Notes under the pieces: model-generated | Told to the model about the DNA's origin: nothing | The model's database searches: none | Seen by the model: only the letters and a program-made list of their open reading frames with translations | Shown here: one piece after another, positions 62,339 to 64,000 of the stretch | How the letters are laid out: the number at the start of each line of letters is the position of its first letter | How positions within the stretch are numbered: the stretch's first letter is position 1 | DNA from: Cyanophyceae cyanobacterium | Lineage (GTDB): Bacteria > Cyanobacteriota > Cyanobacteriia > Cyanobacteriales > Laspinemataceae | Length of the DNA stretch: 64,000 bases | Direction: 5' to 3' | NCBI GenBank assembly: GCA_038321985.1 | Contig: JBBQFN010000003.1 | Coordinates: 256,001-320,000, forward strand | Translations under genes and position numbers: made by a program

Positions 62339-63784
62339 GTGGACGCCCAATGGTCAAAACAGGTTTCCCAAGTTGAACGGCAAGATTTAGTCATGTTTAT
62401 TAATGCCTGTCTGTCTTGTACAGGACAGCGGGAATTTTATAATAATAATTATGGCACGGGTGTTTCTATTGATTTTTTGCATGACTACATCTTAGGCAAT
62501 TATCGGTTATTATATGCCCGCACCTTAGCCGCCGGCATCAATCATTTTAATCGGGCCCAAATCATTTTAAAACTGTTGGCGACGGGACGGGATACCCTAC
62601 CGGAACATCGCCAGGAGGAAGGCGCGTTAATTGCCGCTGCCTTAAATGAATTGCCACCCCAACGGGCGTGGAAAGTCTTAGCCGAAATTCGTCGCCGGGG
62701 AATCAATAATCGGCGCAGTCGGGCAATTACCAGAGATTATATACAATCTCGCCGGGACCTGAGCTTTCAAGCGGTGAAATATCGCTCAAAATTACGGGCA
62801 GTTACCATTCATAATCATCTCAAGTTGGAGACGGAACTGGCCGCGTTTTTATTTGAACCGATGAAAATAAAAGCTTATCAAACCGAGATTTTCGAGTATT
62901 TTCGGAAAGCAAAGTACGATCGCACGGCGATTTATGCCTTACCCTTAACCGTTGCCGAAGGATTTGCGGCTCAACATGGCATCAAACGTGAGATTTTCCT
63001 CGATCGCATTCAGGAACAAATGACCCCCGGGGAAAAATTACGCTTACAAAAAACTGCCAAGCGGGAGAAACAGGAAATTTCTCTCGATTTAGGACAAATG
63101 CCCTTGACAAAATTAGCACTTTATGTGCTATCGTTATCTCGGATCGAACGAGGCGATCGCATTGCCCTCCTAGATACCGCCCTCGACACTGCCGCCCGTA
63201 AGACATTACACCACTCCCCGATGCACCTGGGACGAGTCGCTACAGTCCTCGATTGTAGCTATTCCGCCTCCGGTTCCTCAGAAAAACGGCGGCGTCCCCT
63301 GGGAATTGCCTTAGCTGCCCATTATCTCCTCAAAGCTGCATCGCAAGAGTATCGGGCATTTTGGACAGTCCCCCAAACCGAGGCGCTGTTGGTGACCCCC
63401 AGAGGACAAACGGACTTAGCGACCCCGGTATTGGATGCCTTGGAATGGGGGGCGGATTTAATCGTAATTATCTCCGATGGTTGGGAAAATGACCCGCCCA
63501 AAGGTGCGGCACAAGTGCTAGAAGTCTATCGCCAGAAACTTGATCCAACTCGTAAGACAGTGATTGTTCATGGGAATCCGGTATTTGATACAGATAACTT
63601 TCTCTTACGCGCTCTCACTCCGGAAATTCCCACGGTGGGATTGCGGGATGCGGAGGATTTGCCTACCCTGCTCGGATTTGCCCGATTTGCGGAGGGAAGT
63701 GCGGGATTATCAGAGTTAGAGGCATATCTCGCGGCTAAAGTGAGGCAACTATTAGGAGAGTCGCATCAGGAGAGAGGGAAATGA
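62339..63784 (+). CDS. Helical N-terminal domain + vWA protein (divergent Ro60/TROVE-like architecture)
   Basis: C-terminal vWA MIDAS residues VLDCSYS (DxSxS), GQTDL and IISDGWEN. The ~290-aa N-terminal region is basic and helical-looking. Confidence 0.7.
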   Translation: MDAQWSKQVSQVERQDLVMFINACLSCTGQREFYNNNYGTGVSIDFLHDYILGNYRLLYARTLAAGINHFNRAQIILKLLATGRDTLPEHRQEEGALIAAALNELPPQRAWKVLAEIRRRGINNRRSRAITRDYIQSRRDLSFQAVKYRSKLRAVTIHNHLKLETELAAFLFEPMKIKAYQTEIFEYFRKAKYDRTAIYALPLTVAEGFAAQHGIKREIFLDRIQEQMTPGEKLRLQKTAKREKQEISLDLGQMPLTKLALYVLSLSRIERGDRIALLDTALDTAARKTLHHSPMHLGRVATVLDCSYSASGSSEKRRRPLGIALAAHYLLKAASQEYRAFWTVPQTEALLVTPRGQTDLATPVLDALEWGADLIVIISDGWENDPPKGAAQVLEVYRQKLDPTRKTVIVHGNPVFDTDNFLLRALTPEIPTVGLRDAEDLPTLLGFARFAEGSAGLSELEAYLAAKVRQLLGESHQERGK

Positions 63785-64000
63785 GTCGCAAACAGCCATT
63801 ATTGGAAAAATTATCTCTACGGGGGCTAGAAATTGCTCCCTCCCAGGTTTACGGAGGGATTCGCCTCGTGCCCTTGTTGCGATCGCATCCCCGCCCAGAT
63901 TTACGCCTGCAACGCCGCCAATATCAAGAAGAGTTGGGAATCGTCGCCGTTGAAGGTGAGATAAATCATCCGGAGATGGCGTATTTTTCCTATATTCCCC
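63781..64000 (+). CDS. Probable ARPP-2 domain protein (3' end runs off the window)
   Basis: ATGA overlap with the vWA gene and RBS GAGAGGGA. Reads MSRKQPLLEKLSLRGLEIAPSQVYGGIRLVPLLR..DLRL.RR.Y...AYFSYIP. Family recognised from memory. Confidence 0.6.
   Translation, partial: MSRKQPLLEKLSLRGLEIAPSQVYGGIRLVPLLRSHPRPDLRLQRRQYQEELGIVAVEGEINHPEMAYFSYIP

Noticed and set aside
1..64000. Very frequent GCGATCGC
   Set aside because: This is the well-known HIP1 octamer of cyanobacteria, not a novel repeat.

Overview
A 64-kb chromosomal segment of a filamentous cyanobacterium. The HIP1 octamer GCGATCGC is dense and the gene set is typically cyanobacterial; an Oscillatoriales affinity is inferred only. 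Most of the window is housekeeping and signalling: cbiT, cdsA, rodZ, malQ, metG, lptC, malic enzyme, crtQ, cobQ, rpsF/rplU/rpmA, hemB, prmC, tsaC, Tic20/Tic22, a Na+/H+ antiporter, ilvN, a diguanylate cyclase, three histidine kinases, tRNA-Lys(CTT) and tRNA-Pro(TGG). Five regions stand out. (1) At the right end, a helical+vWA (Ro60/TROVE-like by architecture) gene is translationally coupled to a probable ARPP-2 gene. It is preceded by ~430 bp of strongly base-paired non-coding sequence, including a ~90-nt Y-RNA-like hairpin with its own extended -10 element and a tRNA-Tyr-like anticodon loop. This is the best candidate for an undescribed RNP system. (2) A chromosomal ParM/ParR (CorMR-like) pair. 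(3) A decayed defence islet: a restriction-modification gene whose three lesions all lie upstream of an intact MTase-TRD frame, an HsdS remnant and an intact HEPN/MNT toxin-antitoxin pair. (4) Three dispersed, apparently related ~60-70-aa proteins. (5) An acyltransferase + hydrolase operon resembling a split plant phytyl-ester synthase. All assignments are from motif recognition by eye; no database searches were run.
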